DNA of 63,718 nucleotides, filler included, from Folioceros fuciformis (GCA_049999805.1; 29 parts of 29 records of this genome joined end to end with filler, not necessarily neighbours in it), one strand, 5' to 3'. Counted from the first letter of the whole stretch, positions 10,906 through 23,047 are shown. The notes: a model not told the origin generated them from the sequence alone. A program made the numbers and translations.

Positions 10906-11451
10906 TCCACTCTTGTTCCTTGCTTGGTCAAGTGTTGTAGGCCGGCCATGTCTCATGGCGTCTGGTAAGGTTGTGGGGAGGAGATACCCAAGAGGGGAGT
11001 GTGTTCCCTTCGTCCTTTTGTTTGGAGTTAGTCTAGTGACTCTTGCCGGGTAGGAGGAGTCCGTAGGGAAGTGTACAAGGTAGTGGTGTCGTTGCTGGTT
11101 GCTAGTAGTTGCTGGTGTTGGTGCTGGAGCGAGAGAGTGAGTGAAGTGAGTGAAGGAAGACGCAGATCTGAGAGGTTAGAGTCGTTGTAGTGACTGGAGT
11201 GAGTTTGTGGGCACCGAGAGAGGTGCAGCTGACCGCCGGACAGCGAGGCCTGTCCTACGCCTGATCGGAGCTGGAGGGGAGCCCTCGAATCCATCATCGA
11301 GTTCATCAAGTCCGACCCTCCATCCACAGCAGCAAGGAACCCCATCGCTCCTTCGTGGGAACGAAACCCAATGTCTCAACGACAGTGGGATAAGTGTGGC
11401 CACTAAAGGTGGGACCCGTCGGCAATCAGTGCCCGGGGTTTTGCCTCCACA
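10906..11451 (+). mobile_element. LTR family C terminus (ends ...GGGGTTTTGCCTCCACA)
   Basis: Seven highly similar copies (termini 11451, 27221, 37825, 48776, 52239, 55389, 58772), all with different flanks. Confidence 0.85.
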
Positions 11452-12133
11452 CGTCCCATGGGCGCCTCTTGGAAACCCCAGCCTAGGCCTCAAGCCTTGA
11501 GGCCTATAGAGCCTTATTCTAGCAACTTTGCCTCCAAGCTCATGGTACGGTTGCTGAAGCCTTAGTCACTTTAGCTAGAGTTTGTCCATAGACGATTATG
11601 AACCTTATTTGAGGCTAAGCAATCTTATGGCTCAGAGCCGTGCATATGCTTTCGCACCTTTGATTCTTAAAAAAAACAAAGGTTAATCATTTTGAAGCAT
11701 AAAGGTAGACAATTTCAGTCTTAAGATAAATGAAACAAACATGTTTGTGATTTATTACATTGGAAAAAAATCTAAGTACAACCACAACAAATGTTTAAGA
11801 GTATGTTTGCACCACGTTTAATATATGGCATGCACTTGACTGCTCCATAGTTCTAACATTACACTCTTGTCTTACTTAAATAAGGATTTTGCTAGAATTT
11901 AGAGATGTGAAAATTTTAGCAATTTTTTGTCCTTTCTTTATATTCCAGAAGAAATGACTTAATCTATATCATTATGTGTTCGAGAAGCATGACCACTTTG
12001 ACATTGTTTCTTTCTAAATACGGTTATGAAAGTTCAAATAGCATACGTTAAAAGAGATTTAAAATCCTATTAGTTTTCATACAAATTTGTCAAGATTTTA
12101 CTCAAATCCATTTTGATAAAAGTTTTAACTCGT

Positions 12134-12345
12134 CTTTCTCCCCAGATGCTATTCAAAGTTGTGTTTTCTCCCGGTTGCTCTTCAAAGTTGTGTTTTCTCC
12201 CGGACGCTATTCAAAGTTGTGTTTTCTCCCGGATGCTATTCAAGGTCAGTTTTCTCCCCGGACGCTATTCAAGGTTATGTTTTCTCCCGGGACACTACTC
12301 AAGGTCATGTTTTCTCCCCGCACACTACTCAAGGTTATGTTTTAC
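12134..12345. repeat. About 7 x 29-30-bp tandem repeat (TTTTCTCCCGGAYGCTATTCAARGTTRTG)
   Basis: Read directly. Confidence 0.9.
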
Positions 12346-12931
12346 GCTAGTTAGAGATTAAAGTTCGTTTTATATCCTAGTACACATGACAAAATACTCT
12401 GTTTCTATTCTCTTCGTGTTACTTGGAATGAAGAGTTTTAGACTCTCAAGAGTGCCTTAGTTTGTTCGAGTATTCTCAAGAGTTTAAGCAAAGGTAGTGT
12501 ATGGTCCTTCTTCTATGGTTTTGCTGCTTTTGTGATTCATAGCAAAATGGAAGTCTTCACACATATATGTCGTGAATTAGTTGTTTACAAAGTGAATGAC
12601 AAAAGTGTAGTTAGAATTGCTGGTTATGTGAATGGTGCAAAAACATCTTTTTAGAAGTTCCCCGTTTGATGTAGAATGTCATATTGACACTATGGTTTTG
12701 CCACAAATGTGGCAATACTCCCAAGATGGCTAGTTGCATTGGTATGTGAGGCGTATTGGCTGGGATAGTGAGGTTGGAAGTTTAGAGAGTTTCCAAGTGT
12801 AGAATAAGAGGATGCGAGAAGTAGTTTAGTGATGCTCTATGCTCCTTTTGTTGTGCTCTAAAAGATCTTGACTTCTTACATCCACCTTCCCTCAACTCTA
12901 ACATGTAAGTCTACATTAATTATTTATATAC

Positions 12932-12932
<1 letters not shown>

Positions 12933-12963
<31 letters not shown>
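12933..12963. repeat. (TA)n microsatellite at the contig end
   Basis: TATATATA run. Confidence 0.95.
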
Positions 12964-13134
12964 NNNNNNNNNNNNNNNNNNNNNNNNNNNNNNNNNNNNN
13001 NNNNNNNTTAATTAATTAANNNNNNNNNNNNNNNNNNNNNNNNNNNNNNNNNNNNNNNNNNNNGTCCATCTTCTTGCCTTGTGCCTCCGTTCATAGGACC
13101 TACAATAAACATAACCATCTTGCTCCACACCCTA

Positions 13135-13439
13135 GCTCTGATACCACTTGAAAGGATGGCTAGAGGAGCATGGTGAAGGAGAGGAGAGGAGAAGGCAAGA
13201 AGGAGAGGAGAAAGAGAGGTCACACTCTCACATTGAGTCTCACAATACAAGGGAGCTCGAGGGGTATTTATACCCTCTAGAAGAGCTCCCTAGGAAGCTT
13301 CACAAGAAGCCCACAGGAAGCTGCACAAGAAGTTTCCTACAGATTAGCTTAAGCTAAGCTAAACTAATGACACTTAACTAGACACTAATCTTAGACTAAA
13401 CACATTAGTCTAAGCACATTAAACTTTGATAACCCTACA
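13135..13439 (-). mobile_element. Complete 291-bp 5' LTR of family F (13439-13149) with tRNA-iMet PBS TGGTATCAGAGC (13146-13135)
   Basis: TG...CA ends, TATAAATA, PBS 2 nt after the CA; second full copy at 45441-45731. Confidence 0.92.
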
Positions 13440-16021
13440 CGCCTAGCCTGGATCCACTTGTAAGGCCGCCATCAGCCGGCCTGGGCTGGCCTGCCAGCTA
13501 GGCCCTTCAGCACCCCGCCACTTCCCAGCAGCTGTGTCCAACCGCTCCGACAGCCGACCTCCCTACCAACTTGCCTCCAGCCTGAGCCTCGCTTGCTGGC
13601 CAGCACGGCCTACCTGGCGATTCAACCAGGCCGCCACAATCCTCCCCCGGCCAGACGGCTGTCTAGCTACCTGCGCTGCTGGGGCGCCTACTTGGCTCTG
13701 TCTCCTGCAGCCACCGCCTGGGGTGCCAGCCCGCCAGCGATCCAACCCGGCCTCCTCGCCAACCAGTCCGCCTGCTACTGGCTTGCCAGCCAGACCATCG
13801 GCGTGGATCCTAGCTCCCGCCTAGCCCAGATCCACCCCGGCCAGCCACCGATCTGCTCGCCGCTTGTCGAGCGTGGAGCACCCTCCTACTAGCCGCCGAT
13901 TTGGCCATCCCGCCTATTGTCGGCCTGCTGCTGCTGCTTGGTTGCCTGGCTGCGGTTTAGCCAGCCCGCCGACTAGCCACGATCTAGCCAGCCTGCCTGG
14001 ATTCCAGCAGTCGGCCTCCGCGCTAGGGTGCCTGCCTGCCCTCAGCAGTTGGGCCGCTCGCCAGCCGCTACGAACCGCCTGGCCAGCCTGCTGGCTAGCT
14101 AGATCCGGCTAGGAAGCCAGCCGAATATGGCAAGCCTCCCTTGCCAACCTGCCCGCTTGCTTGATTCCCCTTAGCCGTCGGTTGCCTAGCGATCTGGCCA
14201 GGCGCCCTCCTGCTAGCTAGCTGGATCTGCTTGTAGCGGGTCCGCCAGCCAGCCCCCGTCTGCCTGCAGTTGGTGCTGGGCGGTTTGCCTGTAGTCGGAC
14301 CGGGTCGCCCACCTGGCTGGTTGGAGCGCCTTACTCCCTACCTGGTTGGCTTGGCCGCGATCCAGCCAGCTGCTAGGATGCACGTCCCCTGCAACGGCTA
14401 GGATCCGGCTTGCCAGCCTACTTGGCTTGGATCAGCCCGCAGCCCGTTGAATCCTCCAGCCACCGGCCCCACCAGCCACTGCCGGCTGTTTACCTGCAGG
14501 GTCACCTGCCATCAGCCGGCACGCTGGCTACCTGATGCTTGCCTGCAGCTGCCATCAGCAGCCAGCCTACCTGATCTCTAGCAGCCGGGCCTGGCCTGGA
14601 TCCCGCTCTGGCTGGCCGCCTACTGGTCCGTGCTTCTCAGCTGCGAGCCTCCACTGGCCAGCTACCTCCAGCCAGGCCACCTACCTGGCTTGGCTGCTCC
14701 CCAGCTTGCAGGTAGCCCACAAGCCTGGCTGCCTAGCACCAACCTCCAGCCATGACCAGCCGGCCAGCCCGGATGGTCGAGCAGCCAAGCCAATCTGCTC
14801 CGCCGACCTGCTTCGGCCTAGCCCAACCGGATTCTGCTAATCGCCAGGCGGCTGCCTGTCGATCAAGCCAGGCGCCCATCGTCGGGTGTCTAGGTTGCTG
14901 GGTGTCTGCCCGCCCTCAGCAGCCGAGACGCTGCTAACGCGGCCCTCCTCTGGATCTAGCCGGGTCATGTTCAGCCTGGCTTCCGTCCTAGCCAAACTGC
15001 CTGTCTGCTGCCGAACGGATCCGCTTGCCAGCCCGACTAGCCCTGGGCCACTGCCTGCATGCTGACTGGCCGGCCTCCCCGTCGCTAGCAATCTTTCCCT
15101 CGGCCAGGCGGCTGCCTGGCTGCCTGGCCGCCTGGCCAGATCCGCCTACCAGCCAGGTGGCCATCCTGACTGTCCTGCTGGATCCCGCTGCAGCTGGTCC
15201 GCCAGCCAGCCCCTTTGCTAGCCTTCCCAGCCCGGATCCACGCCTGGCCTAGATTCGGCCATGATTCGCTACCACCGGCCCGGCTAGTCGATCAACCAGG
15301 CCTCCCTAGATCCGCCAGCAATCAGCCTGCTTGGCCTAGTCGTGCCCAGGCTGGACCAGCCGCAACCAGCCTACTTGGCCTAGCCGTGCCAAGGCTGGAC
15401 CAGCCATAGCCAGCCGGTTCCGGAGTCGGCCAGCCAGCCAGCCCCACTACCGCTGCTAGCTGCTTGCCATCCTAGTCCATCCTGCTGCCAGTAGGCCGGG
15501 CGACTGCTTGGCTACGACAGCCAGCCAGACCGTTGCCTGGATTCCAACCAGCCAGCCCTTTAATCCGCTTAAGACTCGTCCGCCAGCTAGTCGGGCTGTC
15601 ATGGCTGGGTCCACCTACAGCCGGTCCACCAGCCTCCTGCCGCTGCTTTCCTAGAGGCCACAAGCTAGCTCCTACCTTCCGAATCCGGCCAGATCCAGGC
15701 CACCACCCCGCATCTTGCCAGTCTGCTAATCCGGCCACCTGTGCACTCGTGATCCCTATCCACCTGATGCACCAGGGCAGCATCCCGACACCTCTATCCC
15801 CACGACCAGTTCTAGGGCTCCCTTTCATCTGCACACCTAGAGTAACCTAGACCCGTGACCTCTTACCACACATCCTACTTAGACCCTATTCCCTAAACCA
15901 CTAATCTAACTCTAATCTAGCCTAATCTCCTAACCACTTCTCTACGAAATTCAATTATAAATCCCAAAAAAAAGAAACACTACCATTTTCCAAGGAATCT
16001 GTTCATCATGTGGACTCCACA
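13440..16021 (-). mobile_element. LTR family B start (TGTGGAGTCCACA at 16021) followed by about 2.4 kb of GC-rich CCAGCC/GGCTGG low-complexity sequence
   Basis: The same start follows the PPT of the Gypsy at 26336; the element sits in a Copia and is itself interrupted by LTR F. Confidence 0.7.
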
Positions 16022-17497
16022 CTTACACATATGCTGAATGGAAATCCTCTAAGATCACACACACCCCAGCTGATCCCTCCAACTCACATTCAAAAGAAGA
16101 AAATGAGTCTGGACCTGATCTAGAAAATCTAGAAGACCCAAGAGTTGAAGCCTTTCTTGTGGCCACTGATGGCCTTGATCCCTTGACAATCAAGGCTGCT
16201 AGAACTGGCCCTGATAAAGAGAAATGGGAACTTGCAATTCAGTCCAAGTATAACTCATTAATGGATAATAAGACATGGGTACGAGCGGACAGACCTAAAC
16301 GCAGAAAAATCATAAGCTGTAAATGGGTCTTCAAGTGAAAATTGAAGGCAGATGGCTGCATCAAACGATACAAGTCTAGACTATGTGCCAGAGGGTTGAC
16401 ACAAGTACCTGGTGTTGATTATTTCGACACTTTCTCGCCTGTAGTAAAACTGCAATCACTAAGAGTTATATTTGCATTTGTGGCCTTCTACTCCATGTTT
16501 ATCCACCAGATGGATGTCAAGACTGCCTTCTTACAAGGTAATCTTGAGGAGGATATTTGTATGTCTCAACCACCTGGTTTTATAAAAAAGGGACAGGAGG
16601 ACAAGGTGTGCAAGGTAGTTAAAGCCATATACGGACTCAAGCAATCACCTAGAGCATGGTACCAAAGGCTGGACATTTTTCTAATTGCTATGGGATTCAA
16701 AAGAAGTGAATCGGACTCTAATGTGTATATACTTGCAGGCAAAGAGGAGGACTACCTGTTCCTTGCAGTCAATGTTGACGATTGCATCCTAGCAAGCACC
16801 ACAATGCCTCTGTTGATGAGAATCAAATACATGCTTTCACAAGCGTTTGATATGTCAAACCTAGGTGAGTTGCATTGGTGTTTAGGCACACAATTTAAAC
16901 ATGATAGAAATGCTGGAATTGTAACTATTCATCAAGAAACCTATCTAAAAACAATGTTAACAAGATATAACATGGCTGATGCCAAGCCAACTAGTACTTC
17001 TATGGCCATAGGCATCAAACTCAGCAAGGATCAGTCTCCTAGGGACAAAGAGGAGTTCAAATCTATGCTTAGTGTACCATACAGCCAAGCAGTTGGCTCT
17101 CTAAATTATTGCTCCACTAACTGTAGATGTGATATTTCGCAGCCTGTGAGTGCAGTGGCACAATTCCTCAGCAACCCTGGACCAATGGCATAACATACTA
17201 TAGAAGGAAAGAGGGGGAAAAGCTTACCCTACTGGGTTGCTACGATGCATATTGGGCCGCTAACCTGGACACAAGAAAATCAATCTCAGCATATTGTTTT
17301 AAGCTTGCTGGAGGCGTGGTTACCTGGTCCAGTAAAAAGCAGACATCAGTTTCGTTATCCTCGACCGAAGCTGAGTATCAAGCATTTATGCAAGTAGCTA
17401 AAGAAGCTATTTGGCTCAGAAGGTTACTTACAGATCTTCAACAGCCACAGACTGAACCTTCCCTCCTTTTATGTGATAACCAATCAGCATTGGCTCT
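16022..17497 (+). mobile_element. Ty1/Copia RT and RNase H fragment
   Basis: CKWVFK*K, YKSRLCARG, QMDVKTAFLQG, YGLKQSPRAW, AVNVDD, WSSKKQTSVSLSSTEAEY; deletion near 17193. Confidence 0.95.
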
Positions 17498-17597
17498 NNN
17501 NNNNNNNNNNNNNNNNNNNNNNNNNNNNNNNNNNNNNNNNNTTAATTAATTAANNNNNNNNNNNNNNNNNNNNNNNNNNNNNNNNNNNNNNNNNNNN

Positions 17598-17841
17598 AGT
17601 CCCTGGGGCGACCGGGTGGTCGAGGGGTCGTCTGGTGGGAGAAGTAAGGGGGCTTGGTAAGGTCCGAGCACTGGACGTGTGTGTGTGGGTCAGTCGAGCT
17701 TTAGGTGTTAATTGACTTTAGAAGCTAACCTATGTAGTTTAACACAAATCATTCCCTTGGGATCGAATCCCAGAGCTACAACGACATAGAGGGCTTGTGT
17801 GGACCTCGCGGTACCCCCGGGTACCATATTTTAACCCCACA
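17598..17841 (+). mobile_element. LTR family D terminus (...ATTTTAACCCCACA)
   Basis: Reverse complement of 18937 onward; related copies at 27364 and 35491. Confidence 0.8.
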
Positions 17842-18936
17842 GCATCTCACTCACAACTCATACATGCTACGATCCTATCCCTCACAAGCTACACACACTT
17901 CTACCAATGCAGCTCGACGAGCATACTCACGGCCTACACTCACTCCTTGCATATCCTCGTTGCCTACACTCACTCCGTGCGTGTCCTCATGTTGCATTTC
18001 ACCACATTGGGTTGCCATCATTCACTCACGCCCATAAGATTTCCGCGATATGTTCATACCTTGCCACGTCCATATAGTGCAATCATCCTTTGTGCACACC
18101 CACAACTACTCTTCGAACCGCATGTTTCTTCGTCTATAATAGAGACAGACAGCCGTTAGAGCCCGATACATGTCTGGTAGGTAGTTTAACAAGTTCTGCG
18201 CCTAACGGTCGTATTCCATGAAGCCCATTTGGTGCACATTTCAATTTACACCATCCTAGTCACATATCCACATTTAAGCCATTTTGTCCAAAATCACTTG
18301 TTTTGACGTGTGGTGGACACCATCCATCTCCACAAATTTGCTTCCAGCCCACAACCAACTAGTACATAAGTCCTTACAACTATGAAGCTTTTCAGGAAAA
18401 ACGAATCTACCGGCGCACCGAAAGTATATTTGGGTGACAGGAAGTTGGCTATCTACATCCCATGAATTTAAAGGGTTTAATAGTCAAATTTAAGTATACG
18501 CATAATGTACCACGGACTTCAACTACTCTCCAAATCACCTCTACACCAAAACATGAACGTCTTGGTTGGCCTCGGAATCAACAACTATATCTACATCTTT
18601 GAGGCGTTAGCCCGCTGTGTCTCCGATGTCGTCTCCCTCCACATCCAGGACATAGAAATGTGGGTCATCCACAGTTTGAGGCGGAAGTGTGTCGTTCTCA
18701 TCCCATATCGTCATCGCGTAAAGATTTTCCACTGTTCTGTCGTCCGATTGAGAAAATATCTCTCCTATCTTCCCCAGCAAACTAACTACCTGCATACAAC
18801 GATCCACGCTACCATCTGCGCAGACTTCTTTGGCCCAAAACTTCGTGGGCCCGTGCGAGAAGTGCTCTGTGCTGATCTCCTCATCAGCGTCTACCAAAGA
18901 GCCTATGCCATTCACTCGCTGCATCCTATAAGTAGT

Positions 18937-20123
18937 TGTGGGGTTAAAATATGGTACCCGGGGGTACCGCGAGGTCCACACAAGCCCTCTATGTCGTTGT
19001 AGCTCTGGGATTCGATCCCAAGGGAATGATTCGTGTTAAACTACACAGGATAGCTTCTAAAGTCAATCAGCACCTAAACTCGACTGACCCACGCACACAC
19101 GTTTCAGTGCTTGGTCCTTACCCAGCCCCCTTACTTCTCCCACCAGACGACTCTCCTACCACCCAGTCGCACAAGGGACTACCTCCCCCTGGACTACTCT
19201 TGGTGGGCCACCGGACTACCCTCCGTTCCCCAATGGACTACTACCGTCGTCTTTCGGGCTACCACTCGTGGGCCCCACTCTCTCTCTCTTTCTCTCTCTA
19301 GGATTTTCTCTCTCTCCGAGTCGTCCCTACCCGACTGTTTTCTCGCGCTTTCCCTTTTGCGCTTTCCTTCCTTGGTTCTCCACAAAATCGCCTCTCACCC
19401 TCAGGATCAAACGCACACACTTATGAACAGCAACAATCTGCCGGTCGCCTTCCACCCATGTGATTTCACACTCTAGGTACACCCCCTGCAGTCTCAAATC
19501 AACTTCCTCACAGTCTCTCCAGTGTCATCGCGGCTAGTCACTCATACACACCACGTCTCGTTACACATTACTCACCTCGCTTCTAGGATTTCTCTGGCTT
19601 CGTTCTCCACTCACCAGTTTTCGATATACATTCTCCTCGTCTCTGGTTACTCGCTTCTCCTCTTTCTCACACACGCGCACCCTCGCGCTTCTTTTTTATC
19701 CAATCCTCCGTCTTCTTTCTCAGCAATGCCCCTCCTGGGCTTCCATGAACATTGAGGAATGGTGAGGTACCGGAGCTAAGGGAAGAGGGACCTCTTCCAC
19801 TCCGAACTCGCGGATTCGGCTCCGACACCCACACCACCCACGTGACCACTCCGAGGATAGCTGGGGAGCTTCTCTCCCACTCGGCGAGGCTCCTCCACCC
19901 GATTCGTCCCCGGACCTGATCACGGAGCGCCCACCACCTACACACCCGCACCCTAGGTTGCTACGTGCGCTCGCTTGCCTGTACCTCCTCTCCAGCAACG
20001 GCCATCGCTAGGTTCCTGCAAGGTCGACTGCTCGGCTGGTGTTTTTCTACTTCCTTAGGCCTTCAAACCGGCCTCTTGTACACGGTGATGGCAGTTTTTC
20101 CGCCATAAAGTCTGTCAGGCAAG
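18937..20123 (-). mobile_element. Family D terminus plus about 1.2 kb of internal sequence, including the decayed orphan ORF tail
   Basis: TGTGGGGTTAAAATATGG start; 19750-20110 is homologous to 36590-36950. Confidence 0.78.
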
Positions 20124-20223
20124 NNNNNNNNNNNNNNNNNNNNNNNNNNNNNNNNNNNNNNNNNNNNTTAATTAATTAANNNNNNNNNNNNNNNNNNNNN
20201 NNNNNNNNNNNNNNNNNNNNNNN

Positions 20224-20869
20224 TGAGGTTGCAGGGCCGTGAGCCAAGGAGGCTACCCAGCCTTAGGCCTCGCCTTTGCCTTGAAGGCTGCAAGAGGGAA
20301 GGCTGTTGTGTTCCAAATTGCAGGAGAGAAGGGTTGAGTTGCAGATTTTGGAAGTGGAAGTGTTGAAGTGAGGAGTTGAGCTGAAGTGAGGGGCTGGAGG
20401 GTGAAGTGAAGTGCTGAAGTGAAGGACTGAAGTGCTCAAGTGAAGTGCTGAAGTGGTGGAATGAAGTGTTGGAGCTGGAGTGAGGAGCTAGCTGAAGTTG
20501 AGGTTCTCGTTCAACTGCGGAGGTAGCTAGCACTAGGTGCTGAGAGTTGGAGGCCAGACTTGGGGCTGGAGCCTCCTCTGAGCACTGAAGTGATTGATAC
20601 TTGGAGCTGGAAATGAAGGCTGAAGACAATGCTGGAGTTCTCATTTTGTTGAGGCTGGGGTTGGTGTTGTGGTAGGAGCCGAAGACAGGACCGAGACTTC
20701 TGACCTATTGCTGTAGCACTTGGTATATGCTGATAGATAGGGTGAGATTAGGGAGATGTAGGTGACCTTGACATTAGTTCACTCCCTTGGGAGCGAATCA
20801 TAAGACTGCAACGATAATAAGGGGAAGTGTGGCCCCTTGGTGGTCCTTGGGTGCAAGTTTCACTCCACA
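20224..20869 (+). mobile_element. LTR family E terminus (...TTTCACTCCACA) with GAAGTGCT-type short repeats
   Basis: Second copy at 50984-51471 with a different flank. Confidence 0.82.
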
Positions 20870-21790
20870 GACCCCATCATTCCTCCAATTTTAGTGAGAA
20901 GAGAAGGCCCTGGGGGCGCGAGTTGGAGAGAAGAGACGAGTGTCACGAGTAGGTTAAGAAGTGTGAACATGAGAATGAGAGAGTCGACAATCGTGTGAGG
21001 AGGCGGTTTTGAGTGGCCGCTGTTGTGAGAGCTGTGTGTGTGGACGCGAGTCGCGGGTGAGGTGACGGTAGAATGGAGTGACCATATAACGGGTGGACCG
21101 GTGCAGCTGATGTGTGAGCGGTGGGTGATCGGGAGTTTGTAACTGAAGAGGTGAGCGTGATGCGCTGCGGAACCGTGACCGTGGCTGGTGAGTGAACGGC
21201 TGGAGCATGAGAGAGGAGAGGGCCAGGAATGGCTATGTACCGGGGAAGAATGCCGTGAAATGAAGAGTCTGTATGCGCATGTGAGTGAAGCACGATGGAG
21301 TGTGAGTGGATGAGGGGAAACTGATATGGGGTCGTGATCGGGATGTGTGAGTGAGCTGAGGCCGAGCTGCCAGGTTTTTGGAGCTGTGTGTGTGTGCATG
21401 TGGGTGCGCCGTCGTGCGCAGCGAAGTGTAAGGGTTCCTGAGGGAAACGAGAAGAACCAATGGCGAACGCGGCAGAGTGCTGGTATGTACGTGTGTGTGT
21501 AGACTGAATGCCGACGAGTCTCGAGAGGGGCAGTGAGTAAACATGAGTGGATGGAAGGGTGTGCGCTGTGAGGGAGGTACAATCGCAAGTGAGAGGGGAC
21601 CGGGTTAGGTCGCGACCGTCAGGAAGCGTAAGTCGATAGAGTAAGTTCCTTGGCGTAAGCTAGAGAGAAAGGGTGAAAAGGGAGGAAGAGAGAGCATGAG
21701 GAAGAGAAAGAGGGAGAGAGAGAGTGGGCCCCAATGAGGTAGCCATTTGGGCGACCGTTGTAGAGAGATGACGGGAGTAGTCAGCGTAGC
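20870..21790 (+). mobile_element. Family D-like GA/GT-rich internal sequence
   Basis: GAGAGAGAGTGGGCCCC..GGTAGCC..GACG..GTAGTC matches the reverse complement of 19230-19290. Confidence 0.5.
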
Positions 21791-21806
21791 GGTAGCCGGT
21801 TTTTCA

Positions 21807-22052
21807 GGTTTAGGTTCGGTACCAGGCCATAGGATTGGGTGATTAGTTTAATATTAATTAAAGATATATAATATTAAATGATTAAATAATAATATGATAA
21901 TATTAAATAATAAAAATAATATAATAATGGTTTGAACATAGCAACGGGTATCTGGGTATGTTAGTGTCAGGGGTCAGGGTCTGACGATAGGCTGGCTGAT
22001 TGCTTGGCTGGCATGAACGGCCATGGAGGCCATGCCCTAGCTAGAGCTAGAG
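21807..22052 (+). mobile_element. Family A internal LTR fragment
   Basis: Reverse complement of about 57800-58035. Confidence 0.85.
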
Positions 22053-22152
22053 NNNNNNNNNNNNNNNNNNNNNNNNNNNNNNNNNNNNNNNNNNNNTTAA
22101 TTAATTAANNNNNNNNNNNNNNNNNNNNNNNNNNNNNNNNNNNNNNNNNNNN

Positions 22153-22340
22153 TGGCCAATGGAGGTTTGGAGGTAGTGATGGGAGAGACTAAGGAAAAAT
22201 TGCAGTAATGCTTTAAGCCTGGAACAGAGGAAGAAACAGTAATTGGTATGAAATGCTTGATTGTTAAATTTGGAAATTTTGATGTCATTTTGGGGACGAA
22301 GGCTTTGTTCATGGAGGAGGAGTGGATTTATGGACAAAGG
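22153..22340 (+). mobile_element. Possible Ty3/Gypsy aspartic protease C-terminal remnant
   Basis: ANGGLEVVMGE...CLIVKFGNFDVILG resembles the retropepsin DVILG motif. Confidence 0.45.
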
Positions 22341-23035
22341 CGTTTTATTATCGTCGAGAGTGACGACAAGGCGAAGGAATGAGAGTAGCGACAATTCCAC
22401 TTAAGTTGCAATCATAGGAGGATATGCAAGATGCATGCATAGTGAATATGACGACTTCTTGGGGTGAACAGGATGAAGAAGAAGAAGAAGATAGATTGTG
22501 GGTTGTGCGTCATATGAATAAGTTAAGCTTAAAAGAATATAGTCATATCAGAATGGAAGATGACTCAATGAGAGAAAGTGTTGGTAGAGCATTAGCTGAA
22601 TTTTTTGGAGAGCTTGAAAAACGACAGATTGAGTTTCAGCTAGATGATAAAATTCGACTTGTACAAAGGAAGTAGTTTGTAAACTTGAACCTATGTGTAA
22701 TAAACTTACAACATTGCAGCACGAGCAGCGCGTTGGTGGTCGCAAGCTCCGTGGACAATAGCCTATGCTTAATTCCTAGCAAGTAGCAAGCTGGTGGCAT
22801 GCTGTAGAAATAAATCATTGTTTATTATGCATCCCAAACAAAAGATTATTTTAGGTTAGGGTTGTTACGAAACGTTATTATGAAACACCACTTTAGTTCT
22901 AGTTACAGGATATGCAATCGTCATGGCTCTCCGGAGCGCTATCTTGTAACACATAGTTTGCTTATCACCACTCTCTCCTATCATCATGCAATCTATCCAT
23001 CAATCTTGAGCATTGTTTTGTGCCATACTTGCTTA

Positions 23036-23047
23036 TGGTATCAGAGC
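23036..23047 (+). other. tRNA-iMet primer binding site of a decayed LTR element
   Basis: TGGTATCAGAGC. Confidence 0.75.

Noticed and set aside
11340-11400. Hammerhead ribozyme (retrozyme) in family C (hairpin-CGAAAC-hairpin)
   Set aside because: No CUGANGA core before the stem, and the cleavage-site pairing does not fit on either strand.
11452-11460. Target-site preference of family C (C after CCACA in 5 of 7 copies)
   Set aside because: Sample too small, flanks otherwise unrelated, and no paired TSDs available.
13534-15850. Many Pro/Ala/Ser-rich ORFs in the GC-rich tracts
   Set aside because: Low-complexity artefacts in multiple overlapping frames.
19005-19022. tRNA gene or SINE from GGGATTCGATCCC
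   Set aside because: The T-loop register is off, there is no A-box or cloverleaf, and family E does not keep the stem.
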